Shown: positions 24,491 through 38,281 of the stretch, piece by piece
Layout: every line of letters begins with the position of its first letter
Numbering within the stretch: position 1 is the first letter of the stretch
Source of the DNA: Chiloscyllium plagiosum
Taxonomy: Eukaryota
Direction: 5' to 3'
DNA: 64,000 nt
NCBI RefSeq assembly: GCF_004010195.1
Contig: NC_057718.1
Coordinates: forward strand, 30,820,767-30,884,766
Made by a program: the position numbers and the translations under genes
The notes under the pieces: model-generated
Told to the model about the DNA's origin: nothing
Seen by the model: the letters and a program-made list of their open reading frames with translations, nothing else
Database searches by the model: none

Positions 24491-24700
24491 AGGGCATAAT
24501 TTTCTCACTTCCTGGAGGTGGTGAGAAGGGGAATAATTAGGGTCAGTGGCCCTTCTCACCACCTCACCAATTAAACACTGAGCGAGAATGTCCACTGGTG
24601 ACTTTCTTAACTCACTAGTATTGAGGTCCATAAGTGGTCAATTAATGAACAGTTAAGGGCCTCAATTTGCCACCTCCCTAATTACCTATTTTTCCAAGAA
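24491..24700. repeat. Repeat with two internal palindromes (possible non-autonomous DNA transposon fragment)
   Basis: Perfect 16-bp IR 24515-24530 / 24550-24565; imperfect IR attgaggtccataa / ttaagggcctcaat within 24620-24666. Confidence 0.5.
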
Positions 24701-26187
24701 GCAAGCAAAGTGGCAGTTTTCCTGACTGGATGACTAGGGTAATTCGTCTCCCAGATTAAATTGGGGGGTTCTTCATTTGTCACAACCAGGGGCCAATTGA
24801 AGGCATGAATGAGCTACAGCAATGTTTTCTCTGAATGTCATCCCCTGATCTTTCATCTGACTGTCCTGGTTCCCCTTTCTCCGTGGTTCCCACCCTGTAA
24901 GAAGAGAAATAAACAGTTCTGCTGCTTCACTGGAAGAGTAGGCCTCGAGACAGTTATTAGGACCCAGATACTGCAAGCTTCTGATTGGTCAGGAGCTTCT
25001 GAAGACAGGGACGCCACTGTGGAATCCTGTGATAAGCCAAGAAGCTTGCTAAAGCTTGTCAGACAGCACTTAAGAAGTTGATTGGTGGGGGCCAGTGAAT
25101 GAGTCAAAACCTAATACACCCACTCCCACATTTAGCCTCAAAACAGGAATCTCACAGCCAATATAAGTCTAATGAGTCTTTGCTGCAAGTTTTACTTTGA
25201 TGTAGAAAGCTAATATGTGGCATTTAAGCTCATATTTCACCTAAATGGCAGATGCACCAGAAAGATACCTGGCAACTGTATTCTTCAAAGTAATTTTTGG
25301 AAAGTTAATAAACATCCTGCTCCTGAGAAAGAAAACCTCTGTTACTTACTGATTCATCTGTGAACAGTGACTAATTGATCTTTCAAATATCACTAGTGGT
25401 GGCACATTTAATACTTCAGACATTTTCTGCTTAAGTAGAATCCTTTGGATCTGTCAATATAAATTCTGGTGTAGTAATGGAATAAAGCGTGGAATTGTCA
25501 TTTCATTTGCCTTCCTTGTTTCTCCATGCATTCATCTCATACTGCAGCATTATTGCAAAGAAATTTCCATCCAGTACCCTTTGCTGCAAATGTAATTGCA
25601 GTTGAAAATATGAGTTTTCTCAGAGAGTAAACAAAAGTCTCGTAATGTAAAGAAGGAAGATCTATACATTAACATGTAGCAAAGCACTAATGAAAATGTT
25701 CATGAAGCAAAGAATTGAAACAAAAGTATCCAACAAGTTAGGAAAACTCCCCTATAACATTAAGTAGACAACTTCTAAAGAACAATCAAATAACCATGTG
25801 CCTGTATTAAATGGGTGAACTACTCTAAGGCAAACAAAGCAGGACAAAGAGCATGAAACTTGGAATGGAATTCATTTGAATAAATATAGAGGTTTAATCA
25901 AGCTTGCATTGGTTGACAATACATGCTCTTAACATGAAAATCATTTTACTGCCAAATGCAATCGACTGCAAATCGGGCACTCTTGGATATTGCGTTAAGC
26001 ATTTGGAGTGCCTAAGAAATATTTCTCTAAGTATTAGTGAAACATAGAGATTTGTAACAGTATTCTTCTTAGACTTTGAAAACAGTCTACTGTTTCAAAA
26101 TGTTTTGATGCATGACGTAAAGTCGGCTTGGCAACAGTTGAATGCTCAGTTTATGAGTGGAACATCCAGTGACCAAGAGCTACTTAT

Positions 26188-26427
26188 GTAAAAGCAAAAT
26201 ATGATGGATTCTGGATGTCTGGAATAAATCAGAAAGTGCTGACAAAATTTAACAGGTCTGGAACCCTCTATGGAGAGAGAAACAATGTTAATGTTTCAAG
26301 TCGAGCATGACTCTTCTTTGAAATGCATATAATATACGGGAGTTCTGGACTCAAAACATTAATTTTGTTTCTCTGTCCACAATTGCTGCCAGATCTGCTG
26401 ATTTTATCCAGCATTTTCTCTTCTTAT
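26188..26427. mobile_element. Old palindromic PLE-end-like element, family C
   Basis: Inverted arms caggtctgg..tggagagagaaacaatgttaatgtttc / aaacattaattttgtttctctgtcca..ccagatctg. Confidence 0.6.
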
Positions 26428-26867
26428 ACCAACAACTACTTGACTGGCCATTTGGCAATATAATCTGGTGTTGATGTTTTTCTAAAAACACAAGTTCTCT
26501 TCTTCTCTTTCCTTTTCAATTACTTTTCATTCTTGAGTTTGCTCTGCAAAGGCAGGTCTAAACCACAGCACCACTATCTCCACCATGGGTAGGGCAAAAA
26601 GACAAATTCCAGCAAAGATGGGTATCAAACCCCATGCTGTTGACACCAATCTGATCCACCCAGGCCATCCAACCAACCAATTGAACTACTTCACAGAGTC
26701 TGAGTTGCAGTGGGAACATGCACCTGTACATGTCACTGCACTGCAGAGCTATGAATAGTAACGGTAGAGGCTCCCCAGCTTTCTTTTCATTCTTGACTGA
26801 CCTGGAAATATTAACTTTGTATAGCTGATTTTCAGCATTTTCTGTTTTGTTTTGTTTCCTTTGCATC

Positions 26868-27031
26868 AGGTCAGAAGTCACACGACACCAGGTTATAGTC
26901 CAACAGGTTTATTTGAAATCACAATGTTTTTGAAGTGCTGTTCCTTTCTCAGGTAACTGTTGGACTATAACCTGGTGTCATGTGGCTTCTGACATTGTCC
27001 ACCCCAGTCCAACACCAGCATCTCCACATCA
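26868..27031. mobile_element. Palindromic PLE-end derivative, family B
   Basis: ~37-bp IR gtcagaagtcacacgacaccaggttatagtccaacag / ctgttggactataacctggtgtcatgtggcttctgac; shares sequence with 6086-6212. Confidence 0.75.
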
Positions 27032-27904
27032 TTCCTTTGTATCAGTAACGAATCCAATCACTGGAGAATTTATATATGACCTGCAGTTTTGTTTGGATTC
27101 TTGCCTTTCCTCTTGCATTCAGCTCTTTCACCCTAATCTGGATCAGGGATGTGCATTGTTCTGACAGAACTGAAATTGAGCATTTGAGAGCAGGCAAGGT
27201 AACTTATCATGCAAGTTTTCAGATTACTGTAAAAAACTAAACTGCTTGCTAATGGTTCACTGCAGAGTATTTTTGTTGTTGTACCAGCAAACATTTAATA
27301 AATTGTTAATCAAAACGTTTCCTGAATAATAAATCACCAACATAAGCCATTGAACAACTCCTCAATCATTCGCTCTGATGTATTTAATGGATGATGTGCT
27401 TCTGTCTCATTTTATTCCTTGCTTCTCCCTCTCATGTTGTTATTTTGTCCTAAATAACTTGTCATGTTTTTGAGTTTTTTTGGTCATCATGGAAAGCATT
27501 TGGGAATGAGTTATCCTTAAGTGTTGCATTTTAAAATAAAGTTATTTAGTAAAGGTTTATAAAGCCACTTGCTAAAACCACTCAGAAAAAGGATTTATTT
27601 GGTAACAGGCCAAACATCAAAATTGTGCATTACAGTCAGATGAGCAGGTTTATGCAATGTCACTGCTCACAATCTGTTTCAAGCTGAGACAACATTGCCT
27701 CATCCCTAGTCCATTAAAGAATGAAAAAAAGCAGAAAACTCTGGAAGTATTCAGCAAGCCAGGTAGCATCTAATGAGAGAATGGTAACTTTTGGTACAGG
27801 ATTGTTCCTATTTGTTTTCACAATAGTACGAAATGTGATGGTGGAGTGAATTGGGTCTTAATGTGCCTGTTCTCTGGCCTACACAGGACATATTTCATGA
27901 AAAT

Positions 27905-28275
27905 GGAAGACTTTGGGCTGAACTAATGGTGGTCTTTATAATTGTAAGAGTTTTGAAGCAGTATGTAAGATAGTATGCATCCACTTGTGGGAAGGACAAG
28001 TGGCCATTGATATGAAATGACTGCCGAGACATCAAGTAGACAACTTGGAAAAAATTTCCTAACACAGAGAGCATTGAAAAGGTGGAACTCTAACACAGAG
28101 GGCAGTTCAGTCAAATAGATATATTTCAGAGGATGCTAATAATTACCTGAGGGAAAAAGGAATGGAGGATACGCTTTGAGAGATAGATGAAGAAGAATGG
28201 GAGGAGATTTGAATGGGTCATAAATGCAAATTTGGGCACTTGAAGTGAATGGCCTGTTTCTCTGCTGTATTTTTC
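27905..28275 (+). mobile_element. Degraded CR1 3' end
   Basis: Remnants of ..GHxYxM..FLTQRAL..WNS and the ggcctgtttctctgctgta tail. Confidence 0.65.
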
Positions 28276-30049
28276 CTGGACTTTTGTAGATTGGATATTT
28301 AAATATATAAGAGAGGCCTAACACTGGTCTCAGCCCCTATCCCCATTTCCAGAATTCATTTCCTCAGAGCCAAGCATATGCTGGGCATGCTGTATTCTTC
28401 AACGACTTAACCAGCAGTTCTTAAAGGACCCTCTCTAAGAGCAAAACCTGAAATGTGCTTGGTGCAATGGTGATCTTGTTTAGAATGGTTTGATAGGATG
28501 ATGCTGTGGTTGGTGGTTCTTGTTTAGTGGCTTTTCTACTTAGCTGGTAAGTGAAAGTGATTTTTGATTTCTTTCCATTTAGACCATTCAAATATTTGAA
28601 TGTATTAGTTTGGTTCCATTGGGAATCATGGGGTTACCTCTTTAATAAACAATGGAAACACTGGAATGATTAAGTAGAGAATAATGGTTACCTCAAAATA
28701 ATAAGAAAGAATTCATTGACAAAGTGTATGTATCTAGAGCATATTGGATGCTAAGAAACAACTAGGTAAAAACTTATTCAATATTCACAAATAGAAATAG
28801 TGACTACATGGATAAAAATTAATACATAAGACCACTTACTGAGAGAACAACAGAATCATAAGAGCTGAGTTTATCTTTTTTGATGGGGAGTTCTACCAAA
28901 AGTGAATTGGACAGAATTTCTGGATGACCTGAAGTTGATCCTAACAAATATTCTATGTCAGATTACTTCTAATTTTCAGAAGAAATTGTGATTAACAGCA
29001 AGGCTTTTGCATGTGTTGTCATATAAAGTCAATAGATTCTTGATAAGCAACTGGGTGAAAGGTTATTGGTGGAGCAATCAGGTCAGCCATGCTTTTAGCG
29101 AATGTTTGATCAGGCTTGAGAGGCTGAGTGACCTACTCTTGTCCTAATTTCTATGTTCATAGATTGACCAAGGGATCCTGCTGTTCAAACAGGCTCGTTA
29201 AAAGTAAAAGAAGTTCTATCACCATCTGAAGTTGCGTTGTCCAGTCAATGTTGTTACTCTCTTCTTCAAGCATCCTAGGCCTAGATCAATGCCAGTGGTC
29301 CATGTTAAAAGTCCTTGATCCAGTGTAGGGAAATGATGAACAATCTCTTGAACTTTACAAGGGTAGGTGGCACTATCTTCTCACTGGAAGCTGACACTCA
29401 AAAGGGTATCACTCGGTCAAACTCTGACACTGCATAGGGCTAGGTAACCCCTTGCATTGCTCAATCTATTTTTCTGTAAGAGTAATAATAGCTCCAATAT
29501 TCTGACAACAAAGGAAAGGCAAAATTACATTTCCTGTACTGCATTTTTAGTAGCTATAAACATTCACGCAGGATGCATTTCATTAATTTGTGTGCAAGCA
29601 GGCTATGATTTTACTTCTGCACTCTTGCCTGGTTGCTATTTAACACTTGGTGCTCGAAAGACTGCATTGAATAGTATGAAAAGAAGATTGGACAATACTC
29701 TGTTGTGATGCCCCACACTGTTGAGTAACCTGCCAATATTGCTACCCATAAAATAACCTGCACCAAATGCCATTCAGCCATCACCCCTGTGCTTATTAAT
29801 TTACACTGCAAGCTGACACACAAAGGGGCACCATTCGGTCAAAGTCTGATTCATCTATGCTTAAAATTTACACTGAATCCTGATCAAACCATGACCTTAA
29901 AAGTTTTCATCCGTTTGTAAATCCCTTCATGACCTTTTTGTCTCTCCTCCTTTCATGTTTGTAACCTCCTCCAGCTCTACAACTCTCCGAGATCCCTGCA
30001 ATTTTCTTCGAAGAACACCTATGACCATCATTATCATATGTCCCCGAAA

Positions 30050-30498
30050 AACAGGAATGGAGAGATTGAGTTATAAGGAGAGGCTGGATATAGGCTAGGA
30101 CTTCTTTCACTGGATCATAGGAGGTTAAGAGATTTATAAAATCATGAGGGGCATAGATAAGATGAATAGCAAAGGTCTTTTTCCTATGGTAGGGGAGCAC
30201 AAAACTAGAGGGCATAATTTTAAGGTGAGAACTGAAAGATTTAAAGGGGACCTAAGGGGCAAATTTTTCACACAGAGTGTGGTTCGTACGTGGAATGGAC
30301 TGCCAGAGGAAGTGATAGATGCAGGTACAGTTACAACATTTAAAAGACATTTGGACAGTTACATGAATAGAAAATGTTTAGAGGGATCTAGGTCAAATGC
30401 AAGCAATTGGAACTAGTTTAGTTTGGGAAACCTAGTCAGCACGGACGAATTGGAATGAAGGGTCTGTGTTATATGACTATGTCATTCTAAAACTCTAT
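30050..30498 (+). mobile_element. CR1 3' end
   Basis: MRGIDKMNSKGLFP..TRGHNFKV..FFTQSVVRTWNGLPEEVIDAGT. Confidence 0.9.
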
Positions 30499-30499
30499 A

Positions 30500-31575
30500 A
30501 CAGCAAGACAATAACTAGTGAAAGAGTAAGGCCCATAAGGGACCATAGAGGTAATCTGTGTATGGACCCAGAGGACATGGGCATAATCTTCAATTAATGT
30601 TTTGTTCCAATCTTCATAATGGAAACTGAAAAGGCAACATAGACATCAGAGTGGAGGACTGTAAAACATTCAAACAAATAAATACAGAGAGAGAAGAGGT
30701 AACATAGGGCTGAACTGCCTGAAAAGTGGGTAAATCTGCAAGTCCAGACAAAGTGTATTCCAAGCTGTTGAGGGTGCAAGATATTACATACTAGGGCACT
30801 AGAAATAATTTTCAAAGCCTCTCTGACCACAGGTGAGGTGCCAGAGGACTGCAGTACTACCATACCAGGACAACAAGGTGAGGATTAGATTATGAATGGC
30901 GCACATCCACATATTCCTGAAGGCAGCAGGGTAAGTGGGTAAGACAGTTAAAGCAGGCAAGCTACTTGCCTTTATTACCCAAGGTATAGAATACAAGAGC
31001 AAGGAGGTTATGTTGGAACTGTATATCATGTTGGTTTTGCCACAACTAGAGGACCTTGTGCAGATCCGATCACCCCATTATAGGAAGGTTGTGACTGCAC
31101 TAGAGAGGATACAAAAGAGATTTACCAGGATGCTGCTGTGGCTGGAGGATATGATCTGTGAGGAAGTTTGGATAGGCTGAGGTTGTTTTCCTTGAAGTAG
31201 TGAAGGTTTGAAGGGGGACATGATAGAGGTGTGTAAGATTATGAGAGGTATAGATAGGATAGATAGGAAATCATGTTTTCATTAACTGAGTGGTTAGTAA
31301 ATTTAAAGAAAGAGGTAGAAGGCTGAGAGGAGAGTTATTTTTCACTCAAAGGGTGATGGGAGTCTGGGACTCACTGACTGACGGGGTGATTGAGTCAAAA
31401 GTTCTCAGAACATTGAAGCAGTATTTCGATATTCACTTTGTTGCCACATCCTCCAGGGCTATTGGCCAAGAACTGGAAAATGTGATTACATTTGCTAAAT
31501 CATTGTTAAGTCGTGTGTGCATGATGGGCCAAGTGGCTTCTATCTGTACTGTAAACATTTATGAGTCACTGAGAA
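30500..31575 (+). mobile_element. Degraded, internally deleted CR1 ORF2 fragments
   Basis: TGEVPED; LAFITQGIEYKSKEVMLELY..RIQKRFTRML; FFTQRVMGVWDSL. Confidence 0.8.
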
Positions 31576-32139
31576 TCGCTGTGTGATAGCTGCAGATTAT
31601 CAGCTACCTTTATATTTTACTATCAAGTCATGTGAAGTACCTCAGGACTACTTGCTGAAAATACTAGATAAATGCATATTGTTGTTGTAGCGTTTTCTGT
31701 GAAAGGTAGCTATTTAACTGAGGTAATAGAAGATGATTAACAACCAAGGAGACATAAATCAGCAGAAGACATTAACAATGTTCAAATGAGTTGAATGAAT
31801 CCTCCTACAGCTATTATTACCACACTAAATCAAGCATCGAGACCACCTGTGTTGGACAACATTCAGGATAACACAGAATAATTTAAATAAAGTTATATAA
31901 ATATAACACTTCAACAATTGTCAAGATATTAAGCACAGCTATGTTATTTGTTTTGATCATATCCAGTATTGAAACTTCTCAAATCTTCTCAACCCTTCTC
32001 CCTTTATGCAAGAAATTACTTTAAGTACATTTTTAATGCAAGAATATTGATCTTTGTGATGAAATAGATTGTGAAAAGCATGAACACATGCGTTGTGAAA
32101 TAATATTTGAGAATGTACCATGTCAAAGGCTACTGGTTA

Positions 32140-33030
32140 AGTTTAATATGATGGTGGTTAAGGAAATCTCTGGAATGGATAAGTAAGTGGCTGAAGGGTG
32201 AGGAAACAGAGTAAGATTAAAGGAATGATCATGGTAGCAGGAAGAGTTAGGCTGGGTGTCAAATGAAATATGTTTAGAGCACCTGCTATTTCTAAATTAC
32301 CTCAATTACTTGGATTCAAAAATGAATACAAAATTATTTACATTTTTAGATAATATGCCAAATAGAAAAGATGCAAAATAGACAGATTTAATTAAACTGT
32401 GAAGCAACATAGCAATAACTAATCAAATAAAGTAAAATGTAACAGGTGAAATTTAATATGGATAAATCCTAAATGTTACATATTGGAAGAAAAAGAAGGT
32501 GCTTCACACACCCTAGAAATGTTCCCAAAATGGCTGGAAAAGTATCTATGACTTTTAAACATATCCTTTTAACATATCCAAACTACTACAGACCCACACA
32601 ATTAATAAAATCAATTATTTTTTGGCAATAGTGGGGTGCATATCAGAAGAATCATGTTGAAATGTTTTGGTACAATTACATAGAAGAGAGACTGGAGAAA
32701 GTTGAGTTCTTCGTCCCTGAAAGAGGATTATTTGAGATGAACTTCTGCTGTTGTGTGAGGCAATAAATGATAAATCTGCAAAGTTATTCCAAATTAACTC
32801 TGCTGAGTGAAACAAAATGATATAGACATAAACCAGTAAAAGGCAAGTTCAGGATTGAAGTCAGATAATTCTTCACATGAATAATTAACACATGTATAAG
32901 CTTTTAGATGGATAAGTGGAGGTTGTGAGATTGAGATTATTTGGGATTTAAAATTGAATGTTGTGTTGGGGTCTAGTTTAGCTTCTTGCTGTGTTAATCA
33001 GCTAAAATGGACTCAACAGCTTTTGTCAAT
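32140..33030 (+). mobile_element. Very old CR1-like RT remnant
   Basis: Faint W-I-x-x-W-L..RKQ, FNMDK..LHIG and gttcaggattgaagtcaga..ttcttcac patterns. Confidence 0.5.
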
Positions 33031-33328
33031 TGTGATCTTGTGCAGGAGACCTCTCATCTCTGGCCTGGCTCTCAAGTAGCATTTTGAAAACAGAAAATGT
33101 TAGTTCTAGACATAATGGTGAATCTCCTGCCAATCCACTTAACTAGGAATTTGGTGCCATCGATGCCATTATTTTGTGCTATACCACGTTGAAACCAAAA
33201 GTTGGAAGTGGAAGTACTGCACCCAATTTTGCTGCCTGTCCCTGACCAGCCCAATTGACTAGTGACCCTCAGCACCATACTGAAAACACCCCCACTGTTC
33301 CCCTACTCGCCTGAGTTTTTCCCGACTC

Positions 33329-33512
33329 AGGTGACTGACTGTGTGGAGTTTGCACACTCTCCCCGTGTCTGCGTGGGTTTCCTCCGGGTGCTCCGGTTTC
33401 CTCCCACAGTCCAAAAGATGTGCGGGTCAGGTGAATTGGCCATGCTAAATTGCCCATAGTGTTAGGTTAAAGGGGTAAATGTAGGGGTATGGTGCGCTTC
33501 GGCGGGTCGGTA
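33329..33512 (+). mobile_element. HE1-like SINE internal fragment (V-domain)
   Basis: gtgtggagtttgcacactctccccgtgtctgcgtgggtttcctccgggtgctccggtttcctcccacag. Confidence 0.9.
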
Positions 33513-34981
33513 ACCCCCTTCTGCTCCCTTCATACCTCACATCCCTTCTGTTCCCCTCACCCTTCCCACCCCTGCTGTCCCCCTCACCATCTCATTGGCT
33601 GCCCCTTCACCCTCACTGCTGATGTTGCTGCCTTGCTGGCCTTCCTCCACATTGCTCCACTGGCCTCATCCTTCACCACCCAGCTCTCTGCTCTGCTCAG
33701 GAAATATAGCAGTGACCTAGGCAGTGGGTAAGGCCCTAATGGCTCGTTCTGAACATTCCTCTGAATCAGTGGCTTTTGTAATTCATCTCAGGGGCACCAG
33801 GCTGTTACATGAAAACAAACTTAAAATAAAAAACAATTATCCACATTTTGTGGCATCACTGGCAGTGACTTCACAGACAACACATCTTTGTGGGCTATGA
33901 GTGCACCCCCTGCAGTTGGAATGGCAGCAAAGGCAGCTGAAACTTCAAATATTTGAGGGGGGGGGAATAAAAATCAAAATAAAACAAACTTCAGAAAATG
34001 GACTTAAAGCTAAGCCTCAAATTGGATTTCTATTTTTTTCTGGCAGCCTATTTGACCAGAATTTTGATTTGTTATTTAAATGATCAGTATCCTTACTTAT
34101 GAAACCTACTCATGCAGTTAGTAATTACTGAGTTAACGATATATAACTTAATATAGTCTGACTGAATTGGAGATAAGAAGCCTGTGTGTATTCCATTTGT
34201 CTCTTGCTTGGAAGGTAAAATCCTTTATCTTATCTCCATCTCCACACAACAACTAAGCTCTCTCCAATTCAGTCCTAATCTCCTTAGTAAATAATACTGA
34301 TATTTTTCACCACAACCAAAAAGGGCCTGCCAGATTTTTGTGATAACAGCTCTCATTTACAAACCATTCTCTGTCAGACCTGGGGTGATTTCTGTTAATC
34401 TCTCCAACTCATCTGAAAAGAGATTTTTTTTCATATTTTGTGACGGGTTTGTCATTGCCGAAAAGAAAAGGGAGAAAAAAAATGCAATCCTTTTTAGCAC
34501 TGACAATTTCTTTAAGAAGATAACTCACAAAGAAATGCAGGATATCTGTTCCATTAGGCTGCAGTTCCACTGCAACTGGAGGATTTTTTTCTTCCCAGAA
34601 ATTGTACATTTTTATTGAGATATACTTCCAATTATTTAACAGATATTTGGTTGCATGCTTATGGACCAAGCATCAAACATATATTTTTAGGTCATTGAGA
34701 GTTTAAATTAAGTCAGAAAAGTCATTTCCTGCTCCCAGCTGATTCCTTGCAAACAAATAATTGCAAAATAATTGAAATATCCCATACTAACTCTACTCTG
34801 AGTCAGCCTGACTGGCCCAGTGTGAAGGAGGTGGTCAAAATGCCAACATTCTTGGTTTGTTCATGGCCACTACCATTTTAACTCCTGATTTGGGTAACAT
34901 TCAGGCAGGTAAGTATCAATAAACAGTGAACAGTGAAAGAGTAATAGACCAAACTGGCAGATGGAGTACAGCTTTGTGTGG

Positions 34982-35163
34982 AGACACTGAGGTCTGCAGA
35001 TGCTGGAGATCAGAGTTGAGAGTGTGTTGCTGGAAAAACACAGCAGGTCAGGCAGCATCCGAGGAGCAGGAAAATCGACATTTCAGGCCACAGCCTGTTT
35101 TGGGCAGTATTCCTGATGAAGGGCTCTGGCCCGAAGTATCGATATTCCTGCTCTTCAGATGCT
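34982..35163. mobile_element. Palindromic PLE-end derivative, family A
   Basis: Same terminus as 5344; inverted part with CTGATGA-A-GGGC-tctg-GCCC-GAAG at 35113-35136. Confidence 0.8.
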
Positions 35164-37614
35164 ATAGCTTTATGTGACTGAATGTAAACTCCTAATGTTC
35201 TATTAATGGCAGAAATGGATTTCAGCTTTTAAGGAGCCTTGAAAAATCCAGTACCCCAGCATCCTATGAGTCATTTCTTACAAATGTGGTGAATAGGATC
35301 TTACAAATAAGCATTTACTTTTAATTCTGACAAATAGCTAAATAAAAAAGCACTGAAGTGGGAAACGGTATAGTAGTTTCTGACAACAAGCCTAAAGGGA
35401 TCAGGCAAAAATCGAGTTATCCTTGCAGTGTCTATTTTGTATAATATTCAACATTTGGTGAGCTGTTTGTATGCTTTATTTGCATTTAAGGGGCTTAGGA
35501 ATTAACACATAATGAGCCCAGCGTATGTCTTGTCGTCAGGTTAACCAGATCTCTTTCTCCAGGTTTTAGTCCTGGTGTTTGTCCTCCAAATATGCTGACT
35601 CAGAGCACTTTCAACCCCCTTCAACCCCATCAGGCCAAAAATTACCACAGTTTAACATATGGGTTGTAAGCTTGGAAAAGAGGAAGAATGCATAAGTCAG
35701 GCCTGGACACCAGGCCTAAATTTAGGATGGGAAAACGTGGTCTCAAGAAGAATCTGCCCAACACAAACAGTTCAAGAGGTGGGAGCCATGGGATAATATT
35801 TCCCTTTAAAATTCCACAGGAATTGTAATTTTGCATGGAACAGGTGCACATGCTATACGAATATGGAGTAGGAAACACCTGGAGCGGGAGAAGACAGCAC
35901 TACAATGACAAAATATGTTTTGCAAAGTGAAGACTGTTCACAGTTTGTCACAGAATTTTGAAAGTAATTACTGAAACAAATTGGTACACTTTGATTATCA
36001 TGCTTGCTCATTCTGATGTATGATGTCACAACCTCACAAACATTTTCCAAATCTCCATTTGAAAGCATAGATAGTGCATGGCAGCAGACTATTCAACAAT
36101 GAAGGGGCACAGCACTACATCTGATCCACCTGATAGCCCCATTGCCCAGGCTGTTCAATAGATAGTAGTAGATGGATTCAATCTTATTTTCTCCTTCCCA
36201 ACCAAAAACACCAAGGAAAATAATGTTATGTACCGTTGCATTCAGGATCTTCGACCCAGTTATATACTGTATTTCATTTTATGTTAGACAGCGCACTTAT
36301 TGGAGCTTTGAAAGAGAACTCCTGGATTTATTTAATTATAAGCAGTCCATAGATCAGCATTAAACAATGGGATATATTCCATTAACATCTTTTCTTGCTT
36401 ATCTGTGATTTAGACTTTATTTGTGGCCCTGTTTAATTAGATAAAACTCAACAGTTTAGTAGGTGAGTCATGCACTTGTGATTTAACCATAGATCTAAAT
36501 CATTTATTAATTCATATGGTAAATTGTAATATGAAACAGCTTGTAAGCACTAACAGATAAGACAATTAGGACATAATTTATGCATACTGCACAATCGCTA
36601 CGACATTAAAAAGGCTTTGCTTTGCACTGAACTGAAACATTAATACAAAAAGAGGTAAGAAGCAAGAATGAAGTTAAAAGCAAAACCATGGTGATTTTGA
36701 AAGAAATTATGAATTTGAAACCAAAGTCATGATAATTTTAAATTCTTGTAAAGGTTGTGATAAATGAAAATAAAAAAAGGTTTCACAGCATATTGGAACC
36801 TGATACACAAAAACACACTCTTAAATAGAAACAAACATCAATCTTAGGATGTCATATTTATGAACAATATGATTTAAAAACAAATGCCTGAAATGAATAT
36901 TTAATTAGGTTTTCCTTCACTGTGGACCCAATTTAGCCCTCTGACCCTAATTAGAAACACTATTGAAATATGCTGATAGCTCCAACAGTGAGACAAACCT
37001 GAGTCTGTTTTGAAAAAAAAAGCTATAAAGCTCTGTAACAATGCAGTAGTGAACTGTTGGGAGATGACTGACAATTTCTGGGTGAGCACCCCTAATTTAT
37101 AAGCTTTCATTTTCTCCATGAATGAATTTCATTATGGCCAGAGATCTCTCTTGGATGGGTGCTTCATGTTAGAATGTTTTCTTGCAATTCAAATACTCAG
37201 ATGTGCCATCAGCCCTAAAATAAAATGCAACTTTGCTCATAGAGCCTATCTGCTTAATAGTTTCTTCATAATGTTGGTTGTGGGGGGAGGTGGTGATTGG
37301 AAGTGAAGGTACAAAATAAAAGTTGTATTTTAACCCTCAGTGGAATAAATATACTTTCACTAAAGATGTGAAAATTACTATTTCAGTATTTTACATACAT
37401 CTGCCTTATGTTTATCTTCCTTTTATATCTTTTAAAGGTGACATCTTAAAGACTGCAAAACTCTGAATATAATCAAACTGTTATTGGTTTTTGGGGTGAC
37501 AAAGAGCAGAGTGGTCAGTGCCTGACAAATACCATCAAGTCATTGATTTTAATTATTGGGATTATTTGAAGCCATCTCTCTTCTGTCCCTTCTCTGACAT
37601 TTCCTTGGTAGGTT

Positions 37615-37941
37615 TTAGATTAGATTAGATTACCTACAGTATGGAAACAGGCCCTTCAGCCCAACAAGTCCACACTGACCCTCTGAAGAGTAACCCACCC
37701 TGACCCACTCCCATACCCTATATTTACCCATGACTAATGCACCTAACACTATGGGCAATTTAGAATGGCCAATTCACCTGACCTGCACATCATTGGATTG
37801 TGGGAGGAAACCGGAGCACCTGGAGGAAACCCACGCAGACACGAGGAGAATGTGAAACTCCACACAGACAGTTGCCCAAGGCGGGAATCGAACCCGGGTC
37901 CCTGGTGCTGTGAAGCAGCAGTGCTAACCACTGAGCCACCC
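37615..37941 (-). mobile_element. HE1-like SINE, full length
   Basis: (ttaga)n tail, V-domain and tRNA-like head on the minus strand. Confidence 0.92.
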
Positions 37942-38281
37942 TGCTGCTTTTCTTGCTGCTTTTCCTCCATGTGAGTCCTACTTGCACCAAGGTTGTGCAA
38001 AATAGAACATTCTGGCATCATACAGAACACTATGCGTGGTCTGTACTGCAGCAAACCTCTAGACCTTTCCAAGCATGAAAAGCATACTGTTTCAAGAACC
38101 CACCTGCATGCTCAATGAACTGACAAAAAAGGGTACAGCAACTTTTCTGTGAACTTATGAACTGTAGGTTGACTGCTATGTGAAAAGTCACCTGTTGCAA
38201 ACTGCATGGGCCCAAAACAAATATATTCTAGGCAATGGTGACTTTTACCACCTCAGACCAAAGTGTGGCCACCTAATCTGA

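Noticed and set aside
33513..33690. Pyrimidine-rich repeat-like tract
   Set aside because: Low-complexity sequence with no regular period
35659..35796. 45-codon ORF MGCKLGKEEEC... in unique DNA
   Set aside because: No recognisable homology or convincing splice/promoter context
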